Shown: piece by piece, positions 12,652 to 25,112 of the stretch | Numbering within the stretch: the stretch's first letter is position 1 | How the letters are laid out: each line of letters begins with the position of its first letter | Source of the DNA: the human T2T-CHM13v2.0 reference genome, Homo sapiens | Assembly (NCBI RefSeq): GCF_009914755.1 | Contig: NC_060932.1 | Reading direction: 5' to 3' (one strand) | DNA length: 64,000 nucleotides | Made by a program: the position numbers and the translations under genes | The notes under the pieces: generated by a model | Told to the model about the DNA's origin: nothing | What the model saw: only the letters and a program-made list of their open reading frames with translations | Databases searched by the model: none

Positions 12652-14041
12652 TTTAAGTGGTTCTGTTCCCTGCTGATCTGTTCCCTAGAACATTGCCTCC
12701 CTCTCCTAGGCTCTCCCTGCAAGAATGCACGGAAACAATTCCCACCCATGTGTCTTTGCTGGGTTACACTCTCTCTCCAATGCCATCTCGGCCTCTTCTC
12801 CTGGCCCACTCCTTTTCACCTCTGGAAATTCACAACAGGTATCACTTTCCTTAGAAATTCTCCCCTGACCCCTATCACCCCCATGCCAGGTAAATGCTCA
12901 CCTATGCTCACCTTACGCTCTCTTCGCATGTCATTCGTCATGCTAGCATTCACCACTCTGGAGTCAATTATTCAGGTTAGAAATCTGGGTCTCATTTACT
13001 GACTTTCAGCTCCTTGAGGGCAGGGGGGTGTCTTATTCACTATGATGAGTTAGCACGAAGCCCAGGCGTATCTCTTGTCAGGCCCTCATGGAACATGCAT
13101 GTGGATGTTTTTCTCTAATTGAACTTGCCTAGCATGCCAGATTTATTTTCTCTCTACTTAACTTCATCTGTCCAAATTCCCATTTCCAGTCATTACCCTA
13201 ATTCTTCAATTCTAAGAGGCATGCTTTTTTCTCCCCACATTATTATATTTCTAAAATCAGAATGTCTTAAGTTGATGTGTACATTTAACACTTCTGATAT
13301 TTCTCTTCTTGAAAAGTTGTAGTTAAATTGACGGCCTATCTTCCAATCAGCAGCATTTTACATTATAACGAGTATAATTACTCTGTTCCAAATACGGTGC
13401 TGGCAGTCCACAATTGTGCATTTAACTAAGTGCTTCCGTACAGTCCTCACATTGTTCTCCCAATAACTCACCCAGCCCTGGGCACACAGAGCAGTGGTTT
13501 CATTAATTGGGAGTTTTTTGGCAGGGAGAAAGGAATGGAAGAATTTCAGGCAACGAAGCCTACATGCTGAGAACTGAGAGAGAAAAGTGCCATCCAGCCT
13601 CAAGCGATTTGAGCTAGAAAATACATTGCTTTTGTGCATATGACTGTCCAGACACTTAAGAGGTTGATCCCAATCTCTTTGTTTTTTGACACCTGCAAAT
13701 TGTAACTCACATTTGCATATCTTTTGCCACTTGGCCAGTTGTTTTGATATCTATTAGCATATTTGATCTTCCCAGCCATCCTATCTGAAAATCAGAGCAG
13801 GAATTGTTCTCTTCATTTCATTAAGAAATTAGAGGCCTAGAGAGATAAGTGACACTGACTTAAATCAGAAGAGGAACTGGATCCCCAAAGAGCAGAGCAC
13901 TAGTCCTGTGCTAATCCCCTCCACCATGCAACTGCCATCCACTCCAAATAATTGGAAGGAGTGGGTGAAGGGAAAGAATGAGGAAGAGACTGAGCTATGA
14001 AAATAAGGACACAACGAAGGAGAGAGAGAGGAAAAGGGAAT

Positions 14042-14486
14042 TGCGATGGTTAATTTCATGCGACAGCTTGATTGGGCTAAGGGATGCCCAGACAGCTGGT
14101 AAGACATAATTTCTGGGTGTGTCTGTGAGGATGTTTCCAGAAGAGATTACCACTTGAATCAGTAGACTTCCCTCACCAACATGGGTAAGCACCATCCAAT
14201 CCACTGAGGGCCCAAGTAGAACAAAAAGGCAGAGGAAGGGCAAATTTGCTCTCTCTGCTTTGGTTAGGGCATCCCTCTTCTGCTTTTGGCTCTGGACACT
14301 CCTGGTTCTCAGGCCTTCATAGCTGGACTGGAGCTAAACCACTGGCTTCCCTGGGTCTCCAGCTTGCAGACAGCAGATCAAGAGACTTCTCAGCCTCTAG
14401 GATCACATGAGCCAATCCCTCATAATAAATGCCTTTCTAGATATCTCTGTATATCCTCTTGGTCCTGTCTCTCCCTGACTACTACA
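14042..14486 (+). mobile_element. MLT2 (ERVL) solo LTR
   Basis: TG...CA ends, tgcgatggttaatttcatgcgacagcttgattggg start, AATAAA near 14424. Confidence 0.9.
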
Positions 14487-15010
14487 GGGACTGATGGTTA
14501 AAGAGCAGGAACAAAGGAACACGAGAGGTAAGGAAGGGGCAGGAGGATGAGGCTGGGTCAGGGAGTCCGCAGGCCTCCCAACCCATCACAGAACTTGTCA
14601 CACTCTACTGAAATTGCTGGCTTGCTTGTTTCTAGCTCTGGCTGAGACTATAAAACCTACAGGGATGGTTTGTCTGTCCTGTTTATGACTCTCATCCATG
14701 TCCAAGGCTAAGCACAGTGATAGGTAAATAGTGGGTGCTTGATAAATATTAGTGGAATTATCTTCAAATATGGTAGTCCTTGGAGCCAGAGTAATATCGG
14801 GTCAATAACTTTACTCTCTCTGATTCCGTTTTCTCATCCATAAAATAGGGATAACAAGGTCTTTCTTAGAAGATTATGTCAATAATTAAATGAATTCACT
14901 CCGTCAAGAGCATTTGGAACTCAAGAAACACTGGCATTGTTAGACTGCAGCCCATAGGATACCAATGCCATTGCCACAAATAGGGCCCATCCTTGGAAAC
15001 ACAGTAATCA

Positions 15011-15443
<433 letters not shown>

Positions 15444-15729
15444 AGACAATACTAAAAACATTAAAAAGGAGGTAAATATAATTTATACTCCAATCCGATG
15501 GCAACAATCATATTGCTATAGCAATTATCATCTTGGTGTTACTTTTTCCAGGACACTTTTCCATACATTGCCTTAAATAATGGAACTATATTATATACTA
15601 AGACAGATACTCTTGCCTTGCCACTTCCAAACCATTCTCTTACAGTTTGTTCACTAATAGAATATTTTTGTTTGTTTTCCGAATGGAGGGACCATGTGCT
15701 TTAAATGAGGTCCCTTCTGTTCCCAAAAC

Positions 15730-16159
15730 ATCGATCTTGACTAGGCCAGAGGAAGTCTCACTCGTTCCATTCTTATTGCTGATGATTGATTTGTGAGTGG
15801 AAGAATAGGCATGTGGTCAATTCTGGGCAATAAGACACAAGGGAGTCTGGTGGAAGCAGCAAAACACTTCTAGGCTTGCAAAAGAGACTTCCAATAAGAA
15901 ATACTTTTTCCTGTTTCCAAACATAATTGCAGAAGGATGTGATATTCAGAAGAGTAGCAGCCATCTTTTAAATATGAGAGGAACTCACAGTTGACTTCAG
16001 AAGAAGCACTGAGAAGCCAATGGGAACCATAAAGTTATTGAACGTTGAGTTAACCAAGCCAGGACTTCTTGTTCTATAGGATGATAAACACCCCTCATAC
16101 AGAAGTCCCCTGCATTTTGGTTGGCTGTTACTTGCAGCCCAAAGCATTCTAACCATACA
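15730..16159 (+). mobile_element. Old MLT1 (J/K-like) MaLR LTR
   Basis: gcagccatctt, and terminal ctgttacttgcagcccaaagcattctaaccataca. Confidence 0.75.
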
Positions 16160-16224
16160 GTTACTATTTATAACCGGGTTTATGTGTTCACTTTTTACCT
16201 TCTCTACACATCAATGAACAGAAT

Positions 16225-16460
16225 CATAATAATTAATGTCTATGAAAGACTTCCTATTTGCAAGTACTTTATCAGGCACATTACATGGATTGTCTCATTT
16301 TTAATCCTTGTGACAAATTTCTGTAGTCGAAATGATTAGCTCTATTTTTTTTTTCAGATGAGGAAGAAATCAAAGATTTGGAAAGAGCAAATGATGTAAC
16401 AACAAAATGGAGGGGCAGGAATGTGACTCATGTTGTTCAGTTGAGGGTCTAAGTTTCTTC
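16225..16460 (-). mobile_element. MIR SINE
   Basis: tctcatttttaatccttgtgacaa...tttcagatgaggaa. Confidence 0.65.
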
Positions 16461-17094
16461 TCCACAATCACAGCCCTTAGGACTCCCCTCATCATTTACA
16501 ATAGCTCCAAGCACCCTATTTTCTGTACATAACATGCACAGCTACCCTCCCACTGATGCCCACATCCCACAAGGTGAGGTCTTTTTCCCTCTTCCCTTCC
16601 CAAACCCTTACCAGTTGGCCCTACGTGTTTGGCATCTTCTAATTATCCTGATTCCTAAATATGCAAAATAATAATATTCCCCAATTGCCTTCTGCTGTAA
16701 TTTCATGTAACAGGTCCCCTCAAATAGAACGTCCTTAATTTTAATTGCATATTATGTTCCCTTTCTCAGGGCAGACAGCTATTTATTCATCTAGCTAATT
16801 GTTCAGGAGACAAAGACATGGAATATATCTCACCAAATTAAGTATTTGCTAGTTGCTATTACTACTGGGGCTATAATATATACCCCTGATTTACTTTCTA
16901 GAAGCTCCTGAGGAAATCTTGGCATCTTTTTTTTTTTTTTTTACATTTATTTTTTGGCTTAGCCTACCTATGATTGTATGAAGGCCAACAAATCCTGGGG
17001 TATTATTATTAGTTGTGATGATAATAGTAATTACCACAATGTATAGATATACAACCATACGCTTTATTCAATGAAAGAAGAAACACAGTAAAAA

Positions 17095-17320
17095 TGGCTT
17101 TTATTGAATACCTATTGTGTGCTAAGCATTGGCCTGGGTATGAGAAAATATTAGCCCATTGCCTCATTTTTGTTCAAGAACTTCTTAAGAGACTAAAAGC
17201 CTCATGTTTACTGATGAGAATTGAAGGGTACAGAAGTGAAACCACTTGTCTGCACCCGGCACACAGCTGGGCATCAGAAGAGATGGGTTTTGAGCCCAGG
17301 CCAGTGAAGACCAAAGTGTA
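17095..17320 (-). mobile_element. MIR SINE
   Basis: tttattgaatacctattgtgtgctaagc...gatgggttttgagcccagg. Confidence 0.65.
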
Positions 17321-18109
17321 GGTTCTTGTGGGGCTACCACAGAGCACATAGCCCCTTCCAACCTCACTAATTACACGTGAGAAAGAGGCAAGCATCTCAA
17401 TGGCTACTTTATAGATATGGTCACCTGCATAGATAGGAAGTGATTTTCCCGACCTTATTGGATCAAATTATTCATCAGAAGCCGGATGAAGAAGTGCTAA
17501 TTATCATGCAAAACAGCCCCCGAGACTAAGAAGCCTGCCTTGCCTGCTTCCCAAGCTGCCCACTTCCAGAAAGGGTGGGGCTGTTTTGCCACCTGCACAT
17601 GTCTGGATTTCCCTCTCCATCTCCCATCTCCCACCCTTCACACCCACACACCCGTGGCTGCAGGAATTTCAGCCACATTCACCAGACTTACCTTCTGTTT
17701 TTTCCCACCCTCCCTCCCTCCCTCCCAGGGAGTCAGTCCCACAGCTGAGTGAGAGAAAATGCCCAGAGAAAAACCATCAGTTCATTTAATTAATATTCAC
17801 GGAATAGCCTGCCTGTATTAGGTGGGTACTGTGCATGCAGAGATGTGATAAACACAGCTCTGCAGACCTCCCAGCCCCAGAGAAAGTCCCAGCTCATCAC
17901 GACCCTATGGCCAAGGGAGATTGGGCAGGAACTAATACCTTCTTTCTACAGAAAAAGAAATGAAAGCAGAAAAAAAAAAAAAAAAAAAACAACCTTGGAA
18001 GAGGAGAAGGGCATGGTGCATCTGAATAGAGGCTCCAGGAACAAAGAAGGGAGGATAGAGCAAAGGGAAAATGGGCAGTCAGCGCTGCCAAGAAACCTAT
18101 TAACCTGAA

Positions 18110-18305
18110 AGTAATTACTGAGTGCCACTATGTGCTAAGGACATTGCACACATATGCTCGATCCACCACAAGGTTGGTCCGTTATCCATAATTTTAGACA
18201 GGGAAATTGAATCTCAGAGAGGTTAGGCCACTGGCTTTAGACTGCACAGCTGAATAGCGGCAGTGTTAACATTCAAGCCCAGATCGGTCTGATACCAAAA
18301 CTCAT
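18110..18305 (-). mobile_element. MIR SINE
   Basis: actgagtgccactatgtgc...ggaaattgaatctcagagaggttag. Confidence 0.7.
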
Positions 18306-18490
18306 TCCCTGTGTGAGACAGTCCAACACTAGCCCGAATTGGCATTCATGAAAGCTCCACAGCTGAGATGGCACACTCAGACAAATGTGCCAGACACTTC
18401 CATACACTCACCAAGTTTCATGGTTTTGGATTCATTAATAGCAGAGATTTCCACTAAGAAACGACAGCCCTTCCCAAACAAGAGCTGTAG

Positions 18491-18550
18491 AGAATTCTAG
18501 GTCTTCTAGGATTCTAGGGAATTCTAGGGCTTCTGTAGGGAATTCTAGAA
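18491..18550. repeat. Short degenerate tandem repeat, unit ~GAATTCTAGG
   Basis: About six copies of (gaa)ttctag(g) visible. Confidence 0.8.
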
Positions 18551-18639
18551 CTGTTATGCTGGAAACACAAGGAGAACACTTTCCCCAAGAGAAAAATTCC
18601 CCATTAAGGTAACTCTCCTACCAGCCTACAACTAGAGCT

Positions 18640-18755
18640 CGTTTATTCAACAAATAACTTATTGAGCACCTACTATTGCCAGGCACTGTTCTAGGTGCTT
18701 AAGATAATCAGTGAACAAAAGAAGTGTTGACCTTGTGGTGCTGACATTCTAGTGA
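18640..18755 (-). mobile_element. L2 3' end
   Basis: ttcaacaaataacttattgagcacctactattgccaggcactgttctagg. Confidence 0.8.
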
Positions 18756-19204
18756 TGGATGCAGAAGGAGCAAAACACCCCCAAACCCCAGCTACAAAGC
18801 CCAGCAGCTCAAATGCACCCAGAGAGACCTTCCCTTTACTTTAGCTTAGTCCTCTCCCACAACCTTGTACACCAGGGGATCAGTAAGGCCTGGGCAGACT
18901 TTGTCTCAGGTCAAACTGAGCCTCCTGGCAGAAATGAACAGGAAACATCTTGAACATGTGGGTAGACCCCTTCTGGGCTGGTCAGCCAAATCCCATCTCA
19001 CCAGGAGCCTGGAGGCCTGCCTCGTCATGGCATCTGTCCACTGAACTAACCAGGCAGAGAGCTTGTCCAAATCAGATTAAATGGCAAGCAATGCAGGACT
19101 GCCTCCCAGGGCAGGCTGGCCAGAAGGCATACTGTAATACAGTTTTAAGTCTTTACAGTTCTTTTTTCTTTAATAACACCTTTATTGAAAAATAATTTGC
19201 ATGC

Positions 19205-19622
19205 TGACATGGTCTGGATATTTGTCCCTTCCAAATCTTATGTTGAAATGTGATCCCCGGTGTTGGAAGTGGGGTCTGGTAGAAAGTATTTGGGTCCCGG
19301 AGGCAGATCCCTCATGAATGGCTTGGTGCTGTCTTCATAGTAATGAGTGAGTTCCCACTCTATCAGTTCATGTGAGAGCCGGTTGTTTAAAATAACGTGT
19401 ATCCTGCTCCTTCTCTCTTGCTCCATCTCTCACCATGCGACATGCCTGTTCCCCTTCCCACTTCCGCATGAGTAAAAGCTTCCTGAGGCTTCACCGAAGC
19501 CAAGCAGATGCTGGAGCCACACTTGTACAGCCTGCAGAATCATGAGTCAAATAAACCTCTTGTCTCTATCAATTACCCAGTCTTAGGTATTAATTTATAG
19601 CAACACAAAACAGACTAAGATA
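19205..19622 (+). mobile_element. MSTB-like MaLR solo LTR
   Basis: tgacatggtctggatatttgtccc start; aaataaacctctt...aattacccagtc...tttatagcaacacaaaacagactaag end; interrupts a short antisense L1 tail. Confidence 0.92.
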
Positions 19623-19849
19623 AATACTGTAAAATTTTACAGGATTTTTAACCAACTCACTGGGAGGGTCAGGCATTTTGAAGTGAAGTGTGGAGACAGG
19701 TGGCCAGCTCCCAGGAGAAAGAGATGCCTTTAGCCTCAAGAGAGTCAGTGCAGGCTTAGGCTCTGAGCTCCTTGTGAATTGGGGAAGGGAATAGGAGAAG
19801 GGTGTCACGGGCATACCATCCTTGGTGGGTAATAATATGGAAGAGCCAG

Positions 19850-20020
19850 GTAAGGAATCAAAGGAGCCTGCACCCGGATCCTGGTTCTGCCACTTCTCAG
19901 CTCTGTTCATTTGGCTAAGTTATTGACCTTCTGTGAACCTCAGCATTTCCATCTGTAAAATGGAGCTAAGGCAAGTACCTGCCTCAGGGAGCTGTTGGAA
20001 GGATTCAATGAGGCAGTCTC
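19850..20020 (+). mobile_element. MIR SINE
   Basis: cctcagcatttccatctgtaaaatggag. Confidence 0.75.
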
Positions 20021-21079
20021 TACATTGTCAGACCTGGCTCCAGCCTCACAGCATCATCATGAGAAGTACCTAATTCTTCCTAAAACTCTCTCATTCTAAA
20101 TAGAAAAAACTCCAACCCCTTGTCTTCCAAGGGTCCACAGCTGAAAATGCCCCACACCCAAACCATCCCTTTGCCTGCTTTCCCCATGAATCCAGCAACT
20201 TTGCTTTGAAGACCAAGTGCTCACCCACCCCAATGAAGATCCAAGATAAGGGGAACAGAAGGCACAGGTTACAGAGGAATGCCTCCGGCTGCTCCTGAGG
20301 CCACACGGCAGGCAGGGCCTGAGAAATCAGACATTTTCTCATGAAAAATGGCTTGTGCAGTGAGTTTTTCTTGCAGATTGTAGGATCGCCATGGTGACAG
20401 GGCCAGGGCAGCGAGGGAGGTAGAGGCACTGCCAGCCTGCAGGGATCTGGGGCTGGGGGAGGCTGGGTTGGCAGCAGAGGTCAGAGAAAGCCTCAGGCTG
20501 CAACAGGGGCCATGAAGCAAAGAGAAGAAGGCAGTAACTACAGGCTGGTCCATTCACTTGACACTGAGATGGTTTGGGGTCCCCACCTTCATATACTTAA
20601 CAGACCTAGGCTGAGCCCCAGCGCCATATAACATCAACTGGGTCTAAACACTGGAGGGACAGACAGGACTGTGCTTGTTCATCTCTACAGCCCTCAGCAG
20701 CCGAAGCAGTGCCTGGTACATGCACACACAGAGGATGCAGACCTTGTGGATGCGGATCGGGACAGGGTGGTAGGAAGGTTTTCCTGATGGAAAAGGAACC
20801 TATCTGTAGATGACTTTTTTCCTGTTTCCAAAGATCAGATCGGCCTCTGAGCATTGCTGAGCAAGGAACCAAACTGTGCCTCTACAACATCCTGGCTGTG
20901 TAACTTTGGCAAGGCAGGTAACCTCTCTGGGTCTCAGTTTCTCCTCTGAAAAATAAGGGTTAAATGAGTGAATAGAGGAAAAGCATCCAGAGTTTCTGAG
21001 TTAAGTCTTAGCTACAATTTGCTGTAATGCACTTTGTCAGGCCTAACTAAGGAGAATGGGAGTCAGTGTTAGAACACCA

Positions 21080-21370
21080 GTTTGTTTCCTGACAAATTCC
21101 TATGCATCCTTCAAACCCCAAATCAGAGTTCACCTTCTACAAGAAGGCTTCTCTGCCCTAAGACCTGCCCTCTGACTCAGTGAGTCTTTGCTAGGTCTGT
21201 TTCCCCAGCCATGCTCACCCCACAACACTGCATTTTGTGTTCTTATCTGTTCCCTTGTCCCGGTGAGCTGCTATAGCTCTTATTTTTGTGTCCACATCTC
21301 CTAGTACTGTGTCTGGTAGGGACTGAGCACCAACATATTTCAAAAGATGAATAAACGAAAGGATGAATGA
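21080..21370 (+). mobile_element. L2 3' region
   Basis: catccttcaaacccca...aagaaggcttctctg...acatatttcaaaagatgaataaacgaa. Confidence 0.6.
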
Positions 21371-21429
21371 GCGATTTCTTCACAAGAAGAGCAGATAGGA
21401 AGGAAGTAAACATCTTGAAGTAATGTGAT

Positions 21430-21700
21430 GGCAATTTTTCAAATTCCAGGACGGAGACAGGCTCCTACAAGCACACAAACAGAAGTAAAGAGGTCATGTA
21501 CAATGGAAGATAAAAGAATCAGAGGGCCCTAAAGACTTCTTGGTACAGTGCATTAAATCTCAGATGGCAGCTGAACATCCAAGCTAGGGCTTAATGGGAA
21601 AAGGTTGCAACCCAAGAATTCTATACCTGTCAGCTGGTCATTCATGTGTAACGGCAACTTGGAGACAAAAGCATATAGTCATTTGAGAAACACGAGTTCA
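21430..21700 (+). mobile_element. HAL1/L1M ORF1-like fragment
   Basis: agaatcaga...gacttct...caacccaagaattctatacc resembles the C-terminal coding region of L1 ORF1. Confidence 0.55.
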
Positions 21701-21774
21701 AGGAGTTTTTTAATATTTAAAAGTAACTGCCAGGAAAAGTAAGAGCAGGACTCATAACTTTCTGATCGATAGAA

Positions 21775-21990
21775 GCAGTATATTAAAGTCAGACAGTTTA
21801 GGTTTCAGTATCAATTCTGCTACTCTATGTCTAGTGCTAAGTCATTTAATCTCTTGCTGCCCCACTTTCCCATCTGTAAAATGGAAACACTGATAGTACC
21901 TATTTCACAGGATTTTGTGAGAATTAAACAGGATAATCCACATGCAATGCTTTTCCCAGTGACCAGGACATAGCAGGTTGCAGTAGATGC
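21775..21990 (+). mobile_element. MIR SINE
   Basis: tttcccatctgtaaaatgg...gatagtacctatttcacagg. Confidence 0.8.
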
Positions 21991-21994
21991 TGTG

Positions 21995-22420
21995 CTGCCA
22001 ACAGATCTTCCCTCTGGAACAAAAGATGACCCTCATCAGGGTGCCAGAGTTCTCTACAAGAACACCTCAGCAACCAGCTCTTAGAGGTCTATGTTGGCTG
22101 AAATAAAACTCCTCACCTAAGATCATGCCTCTTTCCACATGTGGTCCACAGCCAATGACTCACCAACACACAAGTAAACAGGCAGCCCCCTTGCCCCAAC
22201 TTGAAACAATTCTGAGAGATCATCCCAGCTTCAGAGATTGCGTGAAGTCAGTTGAGGCCTTTGCAGGGACTGCAACGCAGCTCAACTCTTCCCTCAGCTC
22301 AGTGCTGCTTCCTTTCCTTCCCTTCTACAGTTGCCAATGTCAAAGGTACTTCCTTAGAAATAGCATGCATGCCATTGTCCAACTCAGAGTGTGCTTTCTG
22401 GGGAGCCTAACATGCCAGCA
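21995..22420 (+). mobile_element. LTR16-family (ERVL) LTR
   Basis: acagccaatgact, gttgaggcctttg, ctcaactcttccctc, ctcagagtgtgctttctggggagcctaac. Confidence 0.75.
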
Positions 22421-22427
22421 AAGAGAC

Positions 22428-22710
22428 TGCAGTGGTCTGAATGTGTTCCTCAGAGTTCACATGATGGAAACTCAATCCCCAGTGCAGCAGTGTAGAGACG
22501 TGAGGCCCAATCCAAGGCCATTAGGTCAGGAAGGTTGTGTCCTCAAGAATGGACTAATGTTATCCAGGGAGTGGGTTAGTCATCTTGAGAGTGGGCTTGT
22601 TATAAAAGTGAGTTCTACCCCTTCTGCTCTCTCACACTCTCCTCCCCTGCTCTTCCCCTTCCTCTCTTCCTTCCACCATGGAATGATGCAGTAAGAAGAC
22701 CCTCACCTTG
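22428..22710 (+). mobile_element. MST(C/D)-like MaLR LTR, 3' truncated
   Basis: tgcagtggtctgaatgtg...gaaactcaatcccc...cttccaccatggaatgatgcagtaagaagaccctcacc. Confidence 0.8.
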
Positions 22711-23959
22711 AAGAGCAGAATTCTGGCTGCTAGAAGTTGGTAGGAGAGGGGGAAGGGGCAATGGGGACAAATTTGTGTATGGGTAGAAAGTTACAGTTAG
22801 AAGGAGGTGTGGCAGTGAGCCCCTAGCAAAAAACAAAAAATATAAGAGCAAGGAAAAAGCAAGGAAGTGTAATGAACAGGAAGCATAAAACACAACAAGA
22901 TGGTAATGATGATGGATAATCAAGCATATAAGTTAAAATTTGTTTAAATATCCTTAAAACACTCTATCCGGGCAAAAAAAAAATCAAGTCTAACAATTTT
23001 GTATCTACTAGAAACACATTTAAAACAAAGTACCAAAGAAAAAGTAAAAAATAAATTAAAGGGCCCTGGGATGGGGGGATGGTGCAGGGAAAGATCAGAC
23101 TTTCAGGGATTGCTTATGTGGTCTGAAAAATCCTTCAGGAGATCTTGATACACGTTCCTAAAAAAGCATACTCTCCTGATTGGAAAAGAAATGACATTTC
23201 ACATCAGAATTTAAGGGTGGTATCCAAAGCTGTCCTTAGAGGAAAATGTATAGCCTTGCATGCTGTCAATATTAAAGGAGGCTAGATTAAAATAAATAAA
23301 GTAAGGTTTCAATGGAATATTTTTTACTCTTAAAAACAGCTTAATAAAATTAAAAATATAAAAATATAAATTAAGAGTAAAATTGAAATATAAATCAGAG
23401 CCAGTTAAACATAGACAAATAAAATTTTCTCAGGAAGCATATATAATCACAGATATATATCAGTTTTTAAATCTCAAAAATATTAATTATAGCTAGTTCT
23501 GTGTAGTTATCCTTGAAGCAGTTGGTGAAATAGATGGTTTTAAAGGTAAATATAAATTACCAAAGTGAGTTCAAAAAAAATCTTGAGGGATATCATACAA
23601 AATTAATCATCCTTTTAAACTATCACCATTAAGTAAGATATTTCCTATTGGTTTCAAATAATTCTTACCATATTAAAGAGGTTTATTTCTATGCTATTGA
23701 TATAAAAAATTGGAAACAGATATCAAACTGGATCAATTGCCAACTGGTCATCTACTAAGGTGATCATATAATTTTTTTCTTTCACTTATTAATGTGATGA
23801 CTCCTACTAGAAACTCTTCTAATGTTGCACTATCTTTTATTTTCCTGGAATGGTTTATGAATCATTCCTCTGACTCTAAGGAAAAACAGAAATTCTCTAA
23901 ATACATTTTGGGGAGCATTACATCATGTTGAAAACTAACAACAATATGATTTAAAAAAC

Positions 23960-24110
23960 AAAGAATATCTTCACTACAAAGAAATGAAAAATGTTTGTGG
24001 TGATGGATATGCTAGTTACTCTGATTTGATCATTACAGAATGTGTATATGTATTGAAACATCACACTTTCCCCCACAAAATACATACAATTATTATATCT
24101 CAATTAAAAT
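23960..24110 (+). mobile_element. L1MA 3' end
   Basis: acaaagaaatgaaaaatgtttgtggtgatggatatgctagttactctgatttgatcattacag. Confidence 0.85.
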
Positions 24111-24756
24111 TTGAGAAACCAGAAAGAACATTCTCTCAAATACTCACAGAAGCCAAAATCCTAAGTAAAATCTTGGTAGGAGAGTTTAGAGCATATTAAA
24201 AGAAAAAGAAAATCATCATGTCCAAATAGGATAGCATAATTCAAGACGTCTGAAAATAGGGCTCATGCCAAGAACACAAAAGATAGCCCAACATTAGAAA
24301 AGTTTCCAATGGGAGTCATTACATCAGTAAGTCAAAGGAAAAATTTATAAAATCACCTTAATAGATATCTAACTGGTAATTAATCAAGTTTGATGTCGTT
24401 CCCAATTTTTAAAAATCAGTAGCATAGAAAGATACTTTCTTAATATGGCAAGAATTATTTGAAACCAATAGGAAACATCTTAATTAATAGTGAAAACTTA
24501 GAGCTAGTTTCACTAAGACAATAAAGGAAAGGCTTTAAGAAGTAGAAACTCTAAGACTCAACCACAAAATAGAAGACTGATAGAGGAGATTTTATACATA
24601 AAAATGTGAATTTTTTGAAGAAGGAAAAAACAATGAACTTCAAAGAAAAGTGACAATTTGGGAAACCCATCTGCAATATATCTGATATCAAAAGATTACT
24701 GTCCTCAGTAAATAAAGACCTCTTAGAAGATCCTGGGAGTTATAAAAGAAGAAATA

Positions 24757-24980
24757 GGCTGGGCCCAGTGGATCAGGCCTGCAATCTCAGCATTTTGGGA
24801 GGCCAAGGCAGGAGGATCTCTTGAGTCCAGGAGTCTGAGACCAGCCTGGGAAGTATAGTGAGATCCCATCTCTACAAAAAAAATTTTTTTAATTAGCCAC
24901 TTGAACCTGGGAGGTTGACTCTACAGTGAGCCATGATCGCCTCACTATACTCCAGCCTGGGCAACAGAGCAAGACCCTGT
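24757..24980 (+). mobile_element. AluJ with an internal right-arm deletion
   Basis: Left arm intact; aattagcc joins directly to acttgaacc at ~24898, about 55 bp missing. Confidence 0.9.
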
Positions 24981-25112
24981 GAAGAAGAAGGAGAAGAAGA
25001 AGAAGAAGGAGGAGAAGAGGAAGAGGAAGAGGAAGAAGAAGAAGAGGAAGAGGAAGAGGAAGAAGAAGAAGAGGAAGAGGAAGAAGAAGAAGAAGAGAAG
25101 AAGAAGAAGAAA
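24981..25112. repeat. (GAA/GAG)n pure-purine trinucleotide tract, 132 nt
   Basis: Directly visible, in the position of the Alu tail. Confidence 0.97.

Noticed and set aside
18491-18550. CRISPR-like array
   Set aside because: No unique spacers, a ~10-bp unit, and a mammalian context.
22125-22694. 189-aa ORF
   Set aside because: Lies entirely within LTR16-like and MST LTR sequence.
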